Below are positions 24,740 to 25,109 of a DNA stretch of 25,109 nt, piece by piece. Position 1 is the first letter of the stretch. Each line of letters starts with the position of its first letter. The notes under the pieces were generated by a model, which did not search any database, was not told the DNA's origin, and saw only the letters and a list, made by a program, of their open reading frames with translations. The stretch lies in assembly GCA_040220235.1 (NCBI GenBank), contig JAVJTO010000137.1; one strand, 5' to 3'. This DNA is from Coleofasciculus sp. B1-GNL1-01. GTDB lineage: Bacteria > Cyanobacteriota > Cyanobacteriia > Cyanobacteriales > Coleofasciculaceae. A program made the translations under genes and the position numbers.

Positions 24740-25109
24740 AGCGTCGGTTCAGTAACCAAATTTCGTGGTCACGCCTAAGTAAAAAGCCTGCCCGACAAGC
24801 GAAGCGAAGACACCGGAGATTTGGTATTGTAAAGTTTCAATAACAATATAGTCAGATATAGTCATGTTTGGTAATATATAAACATGAAACTATCAGACTA
24901 TGCCAAAAAAGCAGGAATCAGTTATCGAACTGCCTGGAGGTGGTGGAAACAAGGAAATTTGCCAGGTCATCAATTGCCGTCTGGTACGATTATCATAACT
25001 TCGGAGGCGATTGAGGACAACTTGAAACCTGACTTGATAGCTTGTATTTATGCAAGAGTTTCCAGCGCCCAAAACAAAGATAATCTAGATCGACAAGCAG
25101 AGCGGTTAA
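24740..25109. mobile_element. Insertion at a CTAG site in the CHAT gene, containing the left part of an IS607-family element (runs off the window)
   Basis: The end CTAG|AGCGTCGGTTCAGTA resembles the reverse complement of the 6480-6498 element end. ATATAGTCA direct repeats at 24846-24864 precede tnpA. Confidence 0.65.
24884..25109 (+). CDS. tnpA: IS607-family serine-recombinase transposase, 5' part only (not in the ORF track)
   Basis: MKLSDYAKKAGISYRTAWRWWKQG (MerR-like HTH)..IYARVSSAQNKDNLDRQAERL (catalytic YARVS Ser); open to the end of the window. Confidence 0.9.
   Translation, partial: MKLSDYAKKAGISYRTAWRWWKQGNLPGHQLPSGTIIITSEAIEDNLKPDLIACIYARVSSAQNKDNLDRQAERL

Noticed and set aside
1..25109. 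CRISPR array, tRNA or rRNA genes
   Set aside because: No regularly spaced repeat-spacer units or recognisable structural RNA genes were seen by eye.

Overview
Cyanobacterial chromosomal window. It has 19 HIP1 GCGATCGC octamers counted by eye, many small intergenic repeats and cyanobacterial-type genes; a filamentous Oscillatoriales/Coleofasciculus-like host is only a guess. From left to right: (i) ugd and a UDP-glucuronate decarboxylase gene interrupted by a 332-aa LAGLIDADG intein just before the catalytic YxxxK. (ii) A divergent alginate-type synthase module: an Alg44-like membrane-fusion protein with a degenerate EAL domain where Alg44 has PilZ, and an Alg8-like GT2 fused to a beta-helix-type domain. 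A PL14-like lyase lipoprotein lies about 7 kb downstream. (iii) The best candidate for an undescribed system (9023-14404), a RiPP-like peptide-modification cluster. It encodes an HPr-kinase-like kinase, an RRE/PqqD-fused precursor (twin-Arg leader, (Pro-Thr/Ser)14 tract, six-Cys C-C-CC-C-C core), a MauE-thioredoxin-prolyl-hydroxylase-like triple fusion, and a Skp1-type hydroxyproline GlcNAc-transferase (GT60-like) fused to an internally deleted nucleotidyltransferase. (iv) Housekeeping genes: lepA, a small RHH-like protein, a PAS/GAF histidine kinase, DUF2267, HPF-CSD and moeA. (v) A CHAT-domain gene cut by a CTAG-flanked element that contains the start of an IS607 tnpA. All family assignments come from motif recognition by eye; no database searches were run.
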